Source: a virus | Lineage: Duplodnaviria; Caudoviricetes | IMG/VR virus record: IMGVR_UViG_3300015370_000014 | Coordinates: 7,016-71,015 of that record | Strand: one strand, 5' to 3' | DNA length: 64,000 nucleotides | In this document: piece after piece, positions 7,322 to 17,097 of the stretch | Numbering within the stretch: position 1 is the stretch's first letter | Layout of the letters: each line of letters opens with the position of its first letter | Translations under genes and position numbers: made by a program | The notes under the pieces: generated by a model | What the model was told of the DNA's origin: nothing | What the model saw: only the letters and a program-made list of their open reading frames with translations | The model's database searches: none

Positions 7322-8089
7322 GTGGTTCGACGCAAAAAGATTTTGGATGTTAAGAAGGCGGGGGATGTCTTAGGCGATGAGCGCATCCAAGAGATAGTTG
7401 ATAAGGAGTGGAAGACTGCTGAGCTCCCTACTGAGGAAGAGCTTGCGGCGGAAACTTCAGATAACCCCAAGGCACGAAGCAACCCCAATAGTCGCGCTAA
7501 CCTGATACAATATCGTAAAGATAAGCCTAAGGAAGTCAAGGAGAACATTGTTAGGCAGTTGCAGTTTAGGTCTACTAGGCAATCCCAAGATATACAAGAG
7601 CTCTTTGGGGACCTGGTAAAGGATGCTGACCTTATATTTTTGGAGTCTATGCGCGATATTCTGAAGGATGGTGATGAAGAGTCCTTGTTTTTCGGGCTGG
7701 TTAAACAGTTTCTTTTGGACTTTCCTAGAGACGAACTTTCCGCCGCAGATTTAGACGATATTACCAGCCTGGCTCTAAATAGAATCCTTGAGTTTAGGCT
7801 GCTGAAAGCAGCGAAGACTAGTGATAGGGCTATGTTGGACGCTGCTGGTACTATAGAGCGTTTACGCAAGAATTCGGAGAAGCTGAAAACAGGGTTAGCA
7901 TCCAGGCGTATGGATAGGGTGGACACCAAAAATAAGCAGAGTTTTAGTATTGTTGATATAGCAGTTGCATTTGATGAAGGGAAGAGGGCTAAGCTGGAAG
8001 ACCGTGCAAAAGAGATGGAGGATAAGAAGGCTGAGTTTAAAGAGGCGAAGGCACGTGCTGCGCGTGAGTTAAGTGATGAGCCAGAATAA
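7322..8089 (+). CDS. Putative terminase small subunit / packaging-associated helical protein
   Basis: Lies immediately upstream of and overlaps terL; charged and helical, with NSRANL motif. Assigned by position only. Confidence 0.5.
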   Translation: MVRRKKILDVKKAGDVLGDERIQEIVDKEWKTAELPTEEELAAETSDNPKARSNPNSRANLIQYRKDKPKEVKENIVRQLQFRSTRQSQDIQELFGDLVKDADLIFLESMRDILKDGDEESLFFGLVKQFLLDFPRDELSAADLDDITSLALNRILEFRLLKAAKTSDRAMLDAAGTIERLRKNSEKLKTGLASRRMDRVDTKNKQSFSIVDIAVAFDEGKRAKLEDRAKEMEDKKAEFKEAKARAARELSDEPE

Positions 8090-10841
8090 TGATAACCTTG
8101 AGGCATACTCAGACCTCATAAAATATTACCGCACGTACCCTTCTATGGCTGCTTACGACTTACTTGGGGTAGAGCTCCCGGTTGTTCAGCAAGTCATATT
8201 GGATGCGATGTGGTTCAATAAGTTCACCATAATAACTGCTGGCCGCGGCACGGGGAAGTGCATTTCGGGGGACTCGCTGGTCCCTACCTCTGAGGGGTTT
8301 TTTGAAATAGGGGAGCTTGGGTCGGAGCTAAATCCTCTTATAGACCTTAATACACAGGTGGTTGGTTATGAAGGTCTTAATACCACTGTAAAGTGGTACT
8401 ACGACGGTATACAGCCTGTAAACAAGGTTAGGACTTCTTGGGGGTATAGCATCAGTGGCACGGACGCGCATAGTATCAAGGTACTAGATTCCTCGGGGCG
8501 GTTGGCCTGGAAAAAAGTCTCAGACATTGTAGTAGGTGATGTTGTAGCAATTAACAGAGCTCGTAGCCTATGGTCTTCCTCGGATAAGTGTTCGGAAGAT
8601 GCTGCTGTTGTTATGGGGCTACTTGTGGGTGATGGGTGTTTCAGGGGTAATAAGAACAATATTTTGTCAGGCGACAAAGTTATACCAAGTTCGGTGCTTC
8701 GTAGTGGTAAGCGTGTTATGGCTGCCTTCCTGCGGGGGCTGTTTGAGGTAGACGGTGGTTGTGAGAAGGCTTGTGTGTCATACACGTCGAAAAGTAAGCG
8801 ATTAGCTCATCAGGTACACACTGTTTTACTAAACTTTGGGATTGTTTCGTACTTAAAGTCTAAGAGAATCAAGTACAAGGGCAGTGTTAGGGAGTACTGG
8901 ACTATTAAGGTCTCTTCTTCGAGTATTGATACATACCAGAAGGAGGTGGGTTTTCTTTCTTCTCGTAAGAGAGCCTCTCTTGAGTCCCTTTGTTCCATAA
9001 AAAGAAATCCAAATAAGGATGTCATATATAATAACGAAGCAGTGTTTGAGGAGATGTGGCTTAAGACTCTTGGTGTTTTAGACCACCAAGCCCGGAAAAT
9101 ATTTGATAAACACTTTCGGTACTACAACCCTTCCTATGAAACTCTACTTAAATGTATAAAACGCTACCCTTTTGACGACGGTCTGAAAGAGCATCTTGTA
9201 GATTTGCATACGCGCAACTACTTTTTCGATAGAGTTGTATCTAACGTTAGTGGTTTAGATAAGGTGTATGACTTTGTAGTGGCAGAGGACGACCATAGTT
9301 TTGTAGCTAACGGGTTTGTAAACCACAACACTTTCTTGCTTTCTACATTTGCAGTGTTAAAGTCTATGTTGTACCCAGGTACTCGAGTTGGTCTTATCGC
9401 ACCTAGTTTTAGGCAGTCCAAGCTGGTATTCGAGGAGGTTAGGAAGTTATGGTACGCTGCTCCAATTTTTCGTGAGGCTACTGCAAAGCGTCCCACGTTT
9501 CAGTCCGACAGGTGTATTTTGGAATATAGGTCTGTGTCAGCAGTACCCGCATCTATGATTGAGGCAGTCCCACTAGGTACCGGCGAGAAAATAAGAGGCG
9601 CGCGCTTTCACGTTATTTTGGCGGACGAATTTGCTCAACTTCCTGAGGAGATATTTGACGCTGTAATTAAGCCTATGGCCGCGACTGCCAGTAACCCTAT
9701 GGAAAGGGTTAAGCAGGTGGCACGCTTACATAGTCTTAGGGAATTGGGGGTGTCTGAGGAGGAGCTCGAAGGCCAGCTCAGTACCAATACGATTATAATG
9801 GCGTCGTCTGCCTACTACAAGTTTAACCATATGTATTCTCGTATTGTGGAGTATGAGAAGCTTATCGAAAAGGGTAAGCCGGGGTTTTCTGTGGTGCACG
9901 CCAATTATCTGGATATGCCTACCGGGTTTATGAATGACGACATTATAGAGGAAGCTAAGTCTACAATGCCTGCGTCGTTGTTTCGGATGGAGTATTTGGG
10001 GATGTGGGAGAGTGATTCGGATGGTGTATTTAAGGCCTCTCTTTTACAGTCTCGCATATTGCCTCCTGGAGATTCGGTAGTTTTTAGTGCCACAGCAAGT
10101 AATAGATACGTAATAGCTTGCGACCCCGCTCGTACTAATGACTTTTTCGCCGTAGTAGTGTTTGAGCTGCAGGGTGGTAGGTCAAAAGTTTGTTATGCTG
10201 AGCATACTCAAGGGGTGAAGTTTCCAGCAATGGCAGACCGTTTGATGGACGTTTGTGCTAAGTTTAACCCAGAATTTCTACTTATGGATTCCCAGGGTGG
10301 TGGTCTCGCTATTAAAGACCTGCTTGCTGATGGTACAAGATACGGAAATCGTATTATACTTGACATTAACGACGATGAATACTACGGTGTAGAGGGGAGG
10401 CATATCCTTGAGATGGTGAATCCCTCTCCTAACGTCAACTCTGAGTGTGTTTGGGCCACTTTGGGCCTCCTTGAGAACTCCAAGCTTTTTTTCGCGGGCT
10501 ACCCAACTTCTGGTAAGGAAGATGATGAGTTCGTGTATGATAGCATTCGGGAGCTTATCCACCAGCTGTTAGCTATTGTAGTTACGTCTACCAAGTCTGG
10601 TCAGGCGCATTTTGACGTTCCCACTGGAGGTGGGCATAGTGTTCAGAAAAAGGACTTGTTTTCCGCATTTGTTTATGGCGGGCGAAAGCTGGCCGAACTC
10701 GAAAGGGGCTTAGACAACTCGCCAGTTTTGTGGACTAATGGGGTTGTTTATGACCGGAGAGTGGTCCCAGCAAATACCCCCAACTTCGGAACCATATCTA
10801 GGGCTATATCTAGTGCTGTTTTGAAGCAGGTTAAAAGGTAG
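8073..10841 (+). CDS. terL: Terminase large subunit containing an intein
   Basis: Walker A TAGRGTGK|TF (split by the intein), Walker B VILADEF, coupling motif IMASSA, RNase H-like nuclease IACDPARTND, LMDSQGGG and KKDLFSA. Confidence 0.95.
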   Translation: MMSQNNDNLEAYSDLIKYYRTYPSMAAYDLLGVELPVVQQVILDAMWFNKFTIITAGRGTGKCISGDSLVPTSEGFFEIGELGSELNPLIDLNTQVVGYEGLNTTVKWYYDGIQPVNKVRTSWGYSISGTDAHSIKVLDSSGRLAWKKVSDIVVGDVVAINRARSLWSSSDKCSEDAAVVMGLLVGDGCFRGNKNNILSGDKVIPSSVLRSGKRVMAAFLRGLFEVDGGCEKACVSYTSKSKRLAHQVHTVLLNFGIVSYLKSKRIKYKGSVREYWTIKVSSSSIDTYQKEVGFLSSRKRASLESLCSIKRNPNKDVIYNNEAVFEEMWLKTLGVLDHQARKIFDKHFRYYNPSYETLLKCIKRYPFDDGLKEHLVDLHTRNYFFDRVVSNVSGLDKVYDFVVAEDDHSFVANGFVNHNTFLLSTFAVLKSMLYPGTRVGLIAPSFRQSKLVFEEVRKLWYAAPIFREATAKRPTFQSDRCILEYRSVSAVPASMIEAVPLGTGEKIRGARFHVILADEFAQLPEEIFDAVIKPMAATASNPMERVKQVARLHSLRELGVSEEELEGQLSTNTIIMASSAYYKFNHMYSRIVEYEKLIEKGKPGFSVVHANYLDMPTGFMNDDIIEEAKSTMPASLFRMEYLGMWESDSDGVFKASLLQSRILPPGDSVVFSATASNRYVIACDPARTNDFFAVVVFELQGGRSKVCYAEHTQGVKFPAMADRLMDVCAKFNPEFLLMDSQGGGLAIKDLLADGTRYGNRIILDINDDEYYGVEGRHILEMVNPSPNVNSECVWATLGLLENSKLFFAGYPTSGKEDDEFVYDSIRELIHQLLAIVVTSTKSGQAHFDVPTGGGHSVQKKDLFSAFVYGGRKLAELERGLDNSPVLWTNGVVYDRRVVPANTPNFGTISRAISSAVLKQVKR
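8259..9329 (+). mobile_element. 357-aa intein with a shortened LAGLIDADG region, inserted in the TerL Walker A motif
   Basis: Begins CISGDSLV after GK and ends VYDFVV..DHSFVANGFVNHN followed by Thr(+1); block B TDAHSI; LAGLIDADG-like GLLVGDG and RGLFEVDG. Confidence 0.95.
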
Positions 10842-10847
10842 GTTAGT

Positions 10848-12590
10848 ATGGCCAACAAAAAGAGTTCCCCAGCTATTACGGACAAGGCAGCTCCCCCGAA
10901 AGTGCTAAGTATTTCGGAAGACGGGGGCTCTGTATCCTTGGAGTTGGAGGTATCTCCACTCGAGCTGGCTACACTGGGGTCCAAAGTAGAACACTTGGAC
11001 CCAATAATCAAGCGCAAGATTAAGGAAGCGGGCACTGTTATTAGGCGCCAAGAGCTAATCCGTGGCGACCTGGACTTGGTTGATTCTAAAGCAGCTTCCG
11101 AGCAGCTTCCTGAGGAGCTTTATAAGAAGTCTATAAAGTACTATTATGATGAAGACTTATATGGGTCCGTTATAAGGCTGCTTACTAATTTCTCCGCTAG
11201 CGGGTTTCAAAATGATACTGATGATGATGTCATTAAGGATTTCTTTGATGCGTGGGGGTTCGATATAGGATTAGACGCTTTTGTGGACCAGCTATTTTTT
11301 GATTTTTATCGCACTGGGTTTGTGCGAACATATAAACAGTTGGGTTCATACGTGCCAGGTATATCCATTTATCCCCCTGCTACAAAGAGGGAGACCTCTG
11401 CTCGTAAGAAGCGTTGGTCTAAAAGTAGCATACCTTTGAAATATACTATTTTGAACCCACTTTCAGTAGAGATATCTGGCAGTATTATGTTTGGTTCTGC
11501 CTCCACCTACTTGAAAGCTTCTGCGCTCGCCGAGATTAAGGCACTCCTCGAGAAAGAGGGCAAAACGCCCCCCGAGCTCGAGATGATTAGAAGGCTGCCT
11601 TCCGAGATGAAGACTGCAGCGCAAGACGGCAAGCCTTATCTACTAGACCCTTTTATTTTGGGTGAACTGGATTACCGTCCTATGCCTTACGAAAGGTACC
11701 CGCGCCCACGTGGGATTAATGCCTTTGAATCTATAAACTACAAGAGAGCGCTTCGTCGCGCAGACTACAGTACCCTTGACGGCATTACTAATTACATCCT
11801 ACTAATCACTGTCGGAAATGATGATTTTCCAGTAACCTCCCAAGAGGTGCTGGAGAATGTTGCTTCTTTGTTTGACACTTCCTCTAAAGCGTTTAACATA
11901 GTGTGGAACCATACTTTGAAAGTCCAGAAAATAGTCTCCCCTGAGATTGAGGCTATTCTTGGTAAGAGAAAGTATGAGCAGGTAAATGACGACTACACTG
12001 GTGCTTTGGGTATAGTTCGGTCTGTGATTGATGGCGCCTCAACTGCTTCGGCTGCGTCTGTTGGCCTGGCAGTAAAGAGCTTGGCTGCGGAAGTTTCCTA
12101 CGCCCGCAGGCAGGTTCGTCGGTGGTTGTACAGGGAGTATGCCCAAGTAGCAGGGGCGGTTGGGTTTGATAGAATTCCTACTGTAAGGTTCAACGACATT
12201 GAACTTCATGACGAAATAGAGTTAATCAGGTTGATGATGGGGCTAATTGACCGTAGAATTATCTCTTACGAGACAGGTGTTAAAAAGCTGAATTACGATT
12301 GGAACACAGAGAAGTATCGTCTTACTGAAGAGAAGCCCCTGGTGCTTGATGGCGACTTTGGTATAATCGGAAGTCCTTATAATCCTAAGAGTGCTCCCCC
12401 TATGGCTAATGAGCCTAATGTGCAGGACAACCAGAGAACTCCTAAGGGGACCCCCTCGGAGGGAAGGCCCGTAGGTACTGGTAAGCCTAAGGCGGGCAAG
12501 AATACAGTAGCGTCGGTGTTCGAGGAGGTTTCCTCGATGTCCGCCGCAGATAAGGAAACCTTACTGAGACTCCTTCAGGGGGAGCTCTAG
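10848..12590 (+). CDS. Portal protein
   Basis: Directly follows terL; 580 aa, helical, portal-like segments (YTILNP, DGITNYILLITVG, IISYETG) and a flexible P/G-rich C-terminus (PKGTPSEGRP). Confidence 0.8.
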   Translation: MANKKSSPAITDKAAPPKVLSISEDGGSVSLELEVSPLELATLGSKVEHLDPIIKRKIKEAGTVIRRQELIRGDLDLVDSKAASEQLPEELYKKSIKYYYDEDLYGSVIRLLTNFSASGFQNDTDDDVIKDFFDAWGFDIGLDAFVDQLFFDFYRTGFVRTYKQLGSYVPGISIYPPATKRETSARKKRWSKSSIPLKYTILNPLSVEISGSIMFGSASTYLKASALAEIKALLEKEGKTPPELEMIRRLPSEMKTAAQDGKPYLLDPFILGELDYRPMPYERYPRPRGINAFESINYKRALRRADYSTLDGITNYILLITVGNDDFPVTSQEVLENVASLFDTSSKAFNIVWNHTLKVQKIVSPEIEAILGKRKYEQVNDDYTGALGIVRSVIDGASTASAASVGLAVKSLAAEVSYARRQVRRWLYREYAQVAGAVGFDRIPTVRFNDIELHDEIELIRLMMGLIDRRIISYETGVKKLNYDWNTEKYRLTEEKPLVLDGDFGIIGSPYNPKSAPPMANEPNVQDNQRTPKGTPSEGRPVGTGKPKAGKNTVASVFEEVSSMSAADKETLLRLLQGEL

Positions 12591-12603
12591 GACTGGGTGA
12601 GAA

Positions 12604-13152
12604 ATGTCTGGAGATTCCTCGGGGGTTGACGTTTCCAACCACGTGATGGAAGTGAACTCGGTACTAGTAAAGAATCTTGTCGAGCGTTTTTCTGAGGCGC
12701 TCTCCAGGATTAACTCTACCCTGGAGGCTAGTAGTACCATAGACGAGAGAATGTTGGAGCAGCTGAAAGTCCAGGTCGATGTAATTCGGCAGGTAAAAGA
12801 GGACACCACCGTTTTTCTATTAACAGGGCAGGGCGCAAATTCAATTCTTCAGCAGATTCACGAGGGGCTGTGCCCCTTTTTCGAGGATAAGCCTTATCAT
12901 ATTGAAGACAGGGTAAAGCTGATTTCACTTGTTAGACGCTTCTCTTCGACGGTGGCAAATTGGTCTGATGCAGAGAAAGCGGTACTGCTGGATAGTTTGG
13001 AGAAGGCACCCAGCTTACTGATAAAAATGCAGACGAAGCTCTCTCGGTTGTACTTTATTGTGGCAGCCGCGGGCATAACTGCTATCCTGACTAGCGTCGG
13101 AGCACCAGAATGGATAAAGAAACTCTTTCAACTCATCCTTGGTACGGGTTAA
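12604..13152 (+). CDS. Coiled-coil protein with a C-terminal membrane segment
   Basis: Heptad-rich N-terminus; C-terminal hydrophobic YFIVAAAGITAILTSVGA. Confidence 0.6.
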   Translation: MSGDSSGVDVSNHVMEVNSVLVKNLVERFSEALSRINSTLEASSTIDERMLEQLKVQVDVIRQVKEDTTVFLLTGQGANSILQQIHEGLCPFFEDKPYHIEDRVKLISLVRRFSSTVANWSDAEKAVLLDSLEKAPSLLIKMQTKLSRLYFIVAAAGITAILTSVGAPEWIKKLFQLILGTG

Positions 13153-13340
13153 TGTTGTCCGTTGTGCAGAGGGCTTTTCCTGTAGTTATCGATAAGGCAA
13201 ATTTTGCGCCTATTGACTCTCAGCTCTATAGGCTTGCAGAAGTAGAATCCCGTGCTTATTCTATACTGGAGCGGCTTTTGTGTGCGTTTAATTCAGAGGA
13301 CGCTCTACCAGATGCTACCGGAGTAGAAGATGGAAAATAA
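13152..13340 (+). CDS. Small hypothetical protein
   Basis: ATG overlaps the upstream TAA (TAATG), and its 3' end overlaps the protease start; 62 aa. Confidence 0.5.
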   Translation: MLSVVQRAFPVVIDKANFAPIDSQLYRLAEVESRAYSILERLLCAFNSEDALPDATGVEDGK

Positions 13341-14556
13341 AATCACACTCGTAGCGGAGCTTCATGAGTCAGCCTCTGAGGGAGTAGGGTTTGGGTTGCC
13401 CCCAGAGCAAGAGCGGATGTCTGACTTACAGTATATATCTGCCATACTGGTATCGACGGGTATGAATCTGAATGGTGCTGTTTTTATGCCATCAGAGCTC
13501 ATTAGGTCGCGCGATACGATGCTCGGTAAGCCCCTGGATGTAGAGCACATTCAGCACGCATTGGTAGGGCATCTGTACGACAGGGCTTTTATGGCCAAGG
13601 ACCGCTCCGTATTTGAGCCTATGGCCCTGCTGGCCGAGGTTGGTCCTACTGATATAGATAGGGCTACTTTTGACATAGCAGTCTTGATGAAGCTATACAA
13701 GATGCGATTCCCAGAGATTGCGGACAGTGTTTCCTCAGGTGTTTTTAAGGTCTCGATGGAATGCTACTACGAGTATTTCGATGTAATGGTTGGGGACCTA
13801 ATTATCTCTACCGCAGAAGCGGCTAAGTATGGACTGACACCAGAGAAAGTCCAAGAGTACTCTGGTACGCTTGCTGAGGTTGTTATGCCTGATGGTCGCA
13901 GGGTCGGCGCTATCATAGGGAGAGTGCTTAGAAACCTAATGTTTTCAGGGTGTGGTTTGGTAGAAGCCCCTGCAAACGTGGATTCTGTAATACTGGAGGC
14001 GGCTGCCACAACAAAGGAGTTTGCTGCTAACGGTCTATCTTTGGATTTGACCGGGTGCGAGGTTATCCAAAAAATGAGTGAAAATAGCATTGGAAGAAAA
14101 ACTTTGTTTACAAAACCGGCTGTTAGTATTAATGTAATTACAGACACACCTACGAATCCTCCGGCCGAATCGGCGCGAAGTTCCAGCCCAGGCACCTGTG
14201 TTAGTTATAAGCAGAGCGTCTCCCAAGGCCTTGATGGTGGAGCACCGGTGGTTTCAGACGATTTAGGGCCTTCCGTCAACGATACTGTCGCGAAGGAGGC
14301 GTGGTGCAGCCTTTTTGATGATGCGTGTACGTCTTTTGCGGATGCTACGGACGCAAGGTGTCTTCGTAATGTACTAGGGCGCACTGTCAAGGAAGTGCTT
14401 TTTGATATGGATGAGTTGAAGTCCTTTCTTAGTTACGAGATGGAGCTCGACGCTAATGGGAACTTTGTATTCCTGGTAGCGCCAAATCAAAAAAGATGGG
14501 CATCGTATTCTGACCCAGAAGTACAACAGCAATTACTAAACCTTTTGAGGAAGTAG
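13330..14556 (+). CDS. Prohead (capsid maturation) protease
   Basis: N.NG..F...EL, PLDVEH...VGH, VSMECY and FSGCGLVEAPA, typical of HK97-type maturation proteases; sits between portal and scaffold; Cys-rich C-terminal extension. Confidence 0.75.
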   Translation: MENKITLVAELHESASEGVGFGLPPEQERMSDLQYISAILVSTGMNLNGAVFMPSELIRSRDTMLGKPLDVEHIQHALVGHLYDRAFMAKDRSVFEPMALLAEVGPTDIDRATFDIAVLMKLYKMRFPEIADSVSSGVFKVSMECYYEYFDVMVGDLIISTAEAAKYGLTPEKVQEYSGTLAEVVMPDGRRVGAIIGRVLRNLMFSGCGLVEAPANVDSVILEAAATTKEFAANGLSLDLTGCEVIQKMSENSIGRKTLFTKPAVSINVITDTPTNPPAESARSSSPGTCVSYKQSVSQGLDGGAPVVSDDLGPSVNDTVAKEAWCSLFDDACTSFADATDARCLRNVLGRTVKEVLFDMDELKSFLSYEMELDANGNFVFLVAPNQKRWASYSDPEVQQQLLNLLRK

Positions 14557-14654
14557 TGCCGACTTTAGTTTTTCTCGGCGGGCAGGCCCAGGACTAAGTA
14601 AATACGGTTAATCACCTGGTTGGGCTCTAACGTAATACTATGGAGGTTTGAATA

Positions 14655-15350
14655 ATGGATACTGAAAAAATTCGAGAGATTCTCGCCTCGGTGCTGAATG
14701 ACACCCTGAGTGAGAAGGAGCGGCAGATTGCCGCTTCCAGGGCACAGGCCGAGATGGAGGCCAAGCTCACGCAGCTGGAAGAGACCCAGCGTAGCCTTGT
14801 CGAGAAGGACGCCGAGCTGGCTGCTCTTTCGGAGACGCTTACCACAGTAAAGTCGGAGCTGGAGCATGCTTCTACTGCTAAGCAGGTTTGTGAGGATGAG
14901 TCCGCTGCTTTGCGTGCTGCTTTGGCGGAGAAGGACGCTGCGATGCTATCGTTGGTGGCAGAGAAGGATGGCTTGGTAGAGAAGGTTTCTGTAGTGACGG
15001 CCGAGCTGGCTGAGTCTCAGACGATGGCGCAGGCCCTGAAAGAGGCTATGGACGCTATTAATGCTGAGAAGCTGCTTGCCTCTCGTCTTGATGCCCTCAA
15101 GACTGCCAGTGTTCTTAGGGCGGGCGCGGCCTTGGACGCACAGAAGTCTCTTGTAGTTTCTCTTTCGGAAGAGGATTTTGTTGCTTATGTAGCTGACCTG
15201 GTAGCCCTTCGTGGGGAGATTGTTGCGAGCTTGAGTACTACAACTACTACGGCTCCTGTGGTGACAGAGCTGGACTTGACTACCAAGCCGGCAGATTCTA
15301 AGGCGATTGGCGAGGCTATTGCTAAGCTGGTCATGAAACGAGCTAAGTAA
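14655..15350 (+). CDS. Capsid scaffolding protein
   Basis: Long Ala/Glu-rich coiled coil with a basic C-terminal helix, GGAGG RBS, between protease and capsid genes. Confidence 0.7.
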   Translation: MDTEKIREILASVLNDTLSEKERQIAASRAQAEMEAKLTQLEETQRSLVEKDAELAALSETLTTVKSELEHASTAKQVCEDESAALRAALAEKDAAMLSLVAEKDGLVEKVSVVTAELAESQTMAQALKEAMDAINAEKLLASRLDALKTASVLRAGAALDAQKSLVVSLSEEDFVAYVADLVALRGEIVASLSTTTTTAPVVTELDLTTKPADSKAIGEAIAKLVMKRAK

Positions 15351-15379
15351 ACATACTTACCTATATTTAGGAGGATGAT

Positions 15380-15877
15380 ATGACTTTCATCGCGCGCGAA
15401 CCCGTCCTTGAAATGCAGTTTTTTGTGCACGACCCTGACTCAGCTACCACGCTGCCTATCTACGCAGGTACTCTTATGAGGCTTGTTGCCGATAAGACGG
15501 TTGACGTAATTACCTCTGCTTCGACTCAGCCCCCTCTTGGGTTTTTGATGCAGAAGATTAAAGATGAGTATACTGACCTTCCGTCCTTTGCTCGTTTCCG
15601 TAGTGATATGGGTTCGTCTGACGCTTTCAAGGGTGATGCTGTTGCTATCGCCTCCTTGGGTGTTTGGGAGACCGACCAGTATGTAGACGAGGCCTCCAAC
15701 GGCATCGCTTATGGCACCTTGCTGTATTGTGACAATAACGGTAAGCTCTCCGATACGAATGCTGACTCTGTCTCCACGACGGACAACGCTTATGGGCCGG
15801 CGGCAATGGCTCTGAATACACTCACAGCATCGCAGACCGCCGCTGGTACGCGCCTGCTTATCAAGTGCCTGCTGTAA
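15380..15877 (+). CDS. Head decoration / cement protein
   Basis: 165-aa beta-rich protein (GTLM, PLGFL, GD.VA, G.WETDQY, GTLLY) just upstream of the MCP; AGGAGG RBS. Confidence 0.6.
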   Translation: MTFIAREPVLEMQFFVHDPDSATTLPIYAGTLMRLVADKTVDVITSASTQPPLGFLMQKIKDEYTDLPSFARFRSDMGSSDAFKGDAVAIASLGVWETDQYVDEASNGIAYGTLLYCDNNGKLSDTNADSVSTTDNAYGPAAMALNTLTASQTAAGTRLLIKCLL

Positions 15878-15891
15878 TCAAGGAGGAACCC

Positions 15892-16971
15892 ATGGAATTC
15901 ACTATGAAAGATGTAGAAAATCTTTTCCGCGAGGCCGCGTCGGCTCCCATGGACGCCTCTGGTGATAAGAAGCGCTCAGAGTTCGCCGCAGCCCTAACCG
16001 TTCCGATTCTGCAGGAAGTGCAGCTGCGCTCGCTCGTTCGTGAGCTGTTCGCAGTAGAGAATCTTGGTCCCGGCGCACAGGCTGTTTACCCTGTTGCTGA
16101 CGATTTCGACGTGCCCGTGTGGGTGCTTCCTGGTCTTGGCTATGTAGCGCAGAACTTCATCGAGGGCGTCGGCGAGGATGTGTATGTACCTACATTCTCT
16201 ATCTCGACTTCCGCGGATTGGAAGCTTACGTATGCTGAGGAAGGTCGTACGGACATTATGCGTCGGGCGATTAACAAGATGGCCCAGGCGATTGCTGAGT
16301 ACGAAGAGGAGTGCGGTTGGAAGGTTATTATCCCCGCAGGTACCACGAACTTCGGTGGCGCAGGTCTTTTGGGCGCTCGTTCAGCTCCGATTTTTGAGGT
16401 CTCCAGCGGTTCCGCTGGCGCAGGTTATCTGTCGAAAGAGCTTCTCAACAAGATGATTGTTGGTATGAAGCGTGTTGACCGTACCCTGACGGACCTGTAT
16501 GTTTCTCCGGAAGACGCAGCTGACATCCGAGAGTGGACGGACACTGACGTGGACCCAGTTACCCGTAGAGAGATTTTCCAGGCCGCGGGCATGGGGAATA
16601 TCTGGAAGGTAGCTATTCATGAGGTTAATCACCTCGGCGCTGTTGGCAAGTTCAACATCAACGCCAATGGCTCTTCGTATGGTGTGTTCACGGCGGATGC
16701 GTCGTCTAACTATAAGAACTACCATCTGGACAATCCGAATGATGTGGATGCGAATCGCGAAGTCACCACGGCCGGCGAGACCCAGATTTGGGGGTTTGAC
16801 CTTAGTGTCAACGATTCGCTGGTAATGCCTATCAAGCGCCAGTTTGAGGCGTATGATGACCCGACACTGCTTCGTCGTCAGAAGCAGGGCGTGTTTGGCT
16901 GGGAAACAATAGGGATGGCTTGTTTGGATTCACGGATGGAGACGATGGGAGTCATCGACCGAAGCCTGTAG
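15892..16971 (+). CDS. Major capsid protein (HK97 fold)
   Basis: 359 aa from ATG 15892 (AGGAGG RBS); RELFAVE.L, YVPTF.I, A..IAE.EE..GW, and C-terminal GVFGWETIGM pattern; canonical position in the head cluster. Confidence 0.85.
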   Translation: MEFTMKDVENLFREAASAPMDASGDKKRSEFAAALTVPILQEVQLRSLVRELFAVENLGPGAQAVYPVADDFDVPVWVLPGLGYVAQNFIEGVGEDVYVPTFSISTSADWKLTYAEEGRTDIMRRAINKMAQAIAEYEEECGWKVIIPAGTTNFGGAGLLGARSAPIFEVSSGSAGAGYLSKELLNKMIVGMKRVDRTLTDLYVSPEDAADIREWTDTDVDPVTRREIFQAAGMGNIWKVAIHEVNHLGAVGKFNINANGSSYGVFTADASSNYKNYHLDNPNDVDANREVTTAGETQIWGFDLSVNDSLVMPIKRQFEAYDDPTLLRRQKQGVFGWETIGMACLDSRMETMGVIDRSL

Positions 16972-16991
16972 TTTTAGCTTCTAAGATTATC

Positions 16992-17017
16992 GGAAATGGG
17001 GTTTAATCCTCATTTCC
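16992..17017 (+). terminator. Hairpin downstream of the MCP gene
   Basis: GGAAATGGGG-TTTAAT-CCTCATTTCC, a 10-bp stem with one G-U; no canonical U-tract, so it may be a 3' stabiliser rather than a true terminator. Confidence 0.5.
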
Positions 17018-17097
17018 ATAAGAGTGCTCTGATTCAAGGAAAGTTTGGTATACACCACACCTCCCCTGTTTTATTATGAGTAGGTAGGAGGTGTTTT

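Noticed and set aside
7300-8106. 268-aa minus-strand ORF, and the many minus-strand ORFs within the TMP and structural genes
   Set aside because: Antisense shadows of long plus-strand genes; low-complexity Ser/Leu/Ala translation, no RBS, no motifs.
14599-14604. T4-like late promoter TAAATA (also at 27037 and 62595)
   Set aside because: A 6-mer of this composition is expected many times by chance in 64 kb, and there is no full TATAAATA pattern and no gp55-like sigma factor in the window.
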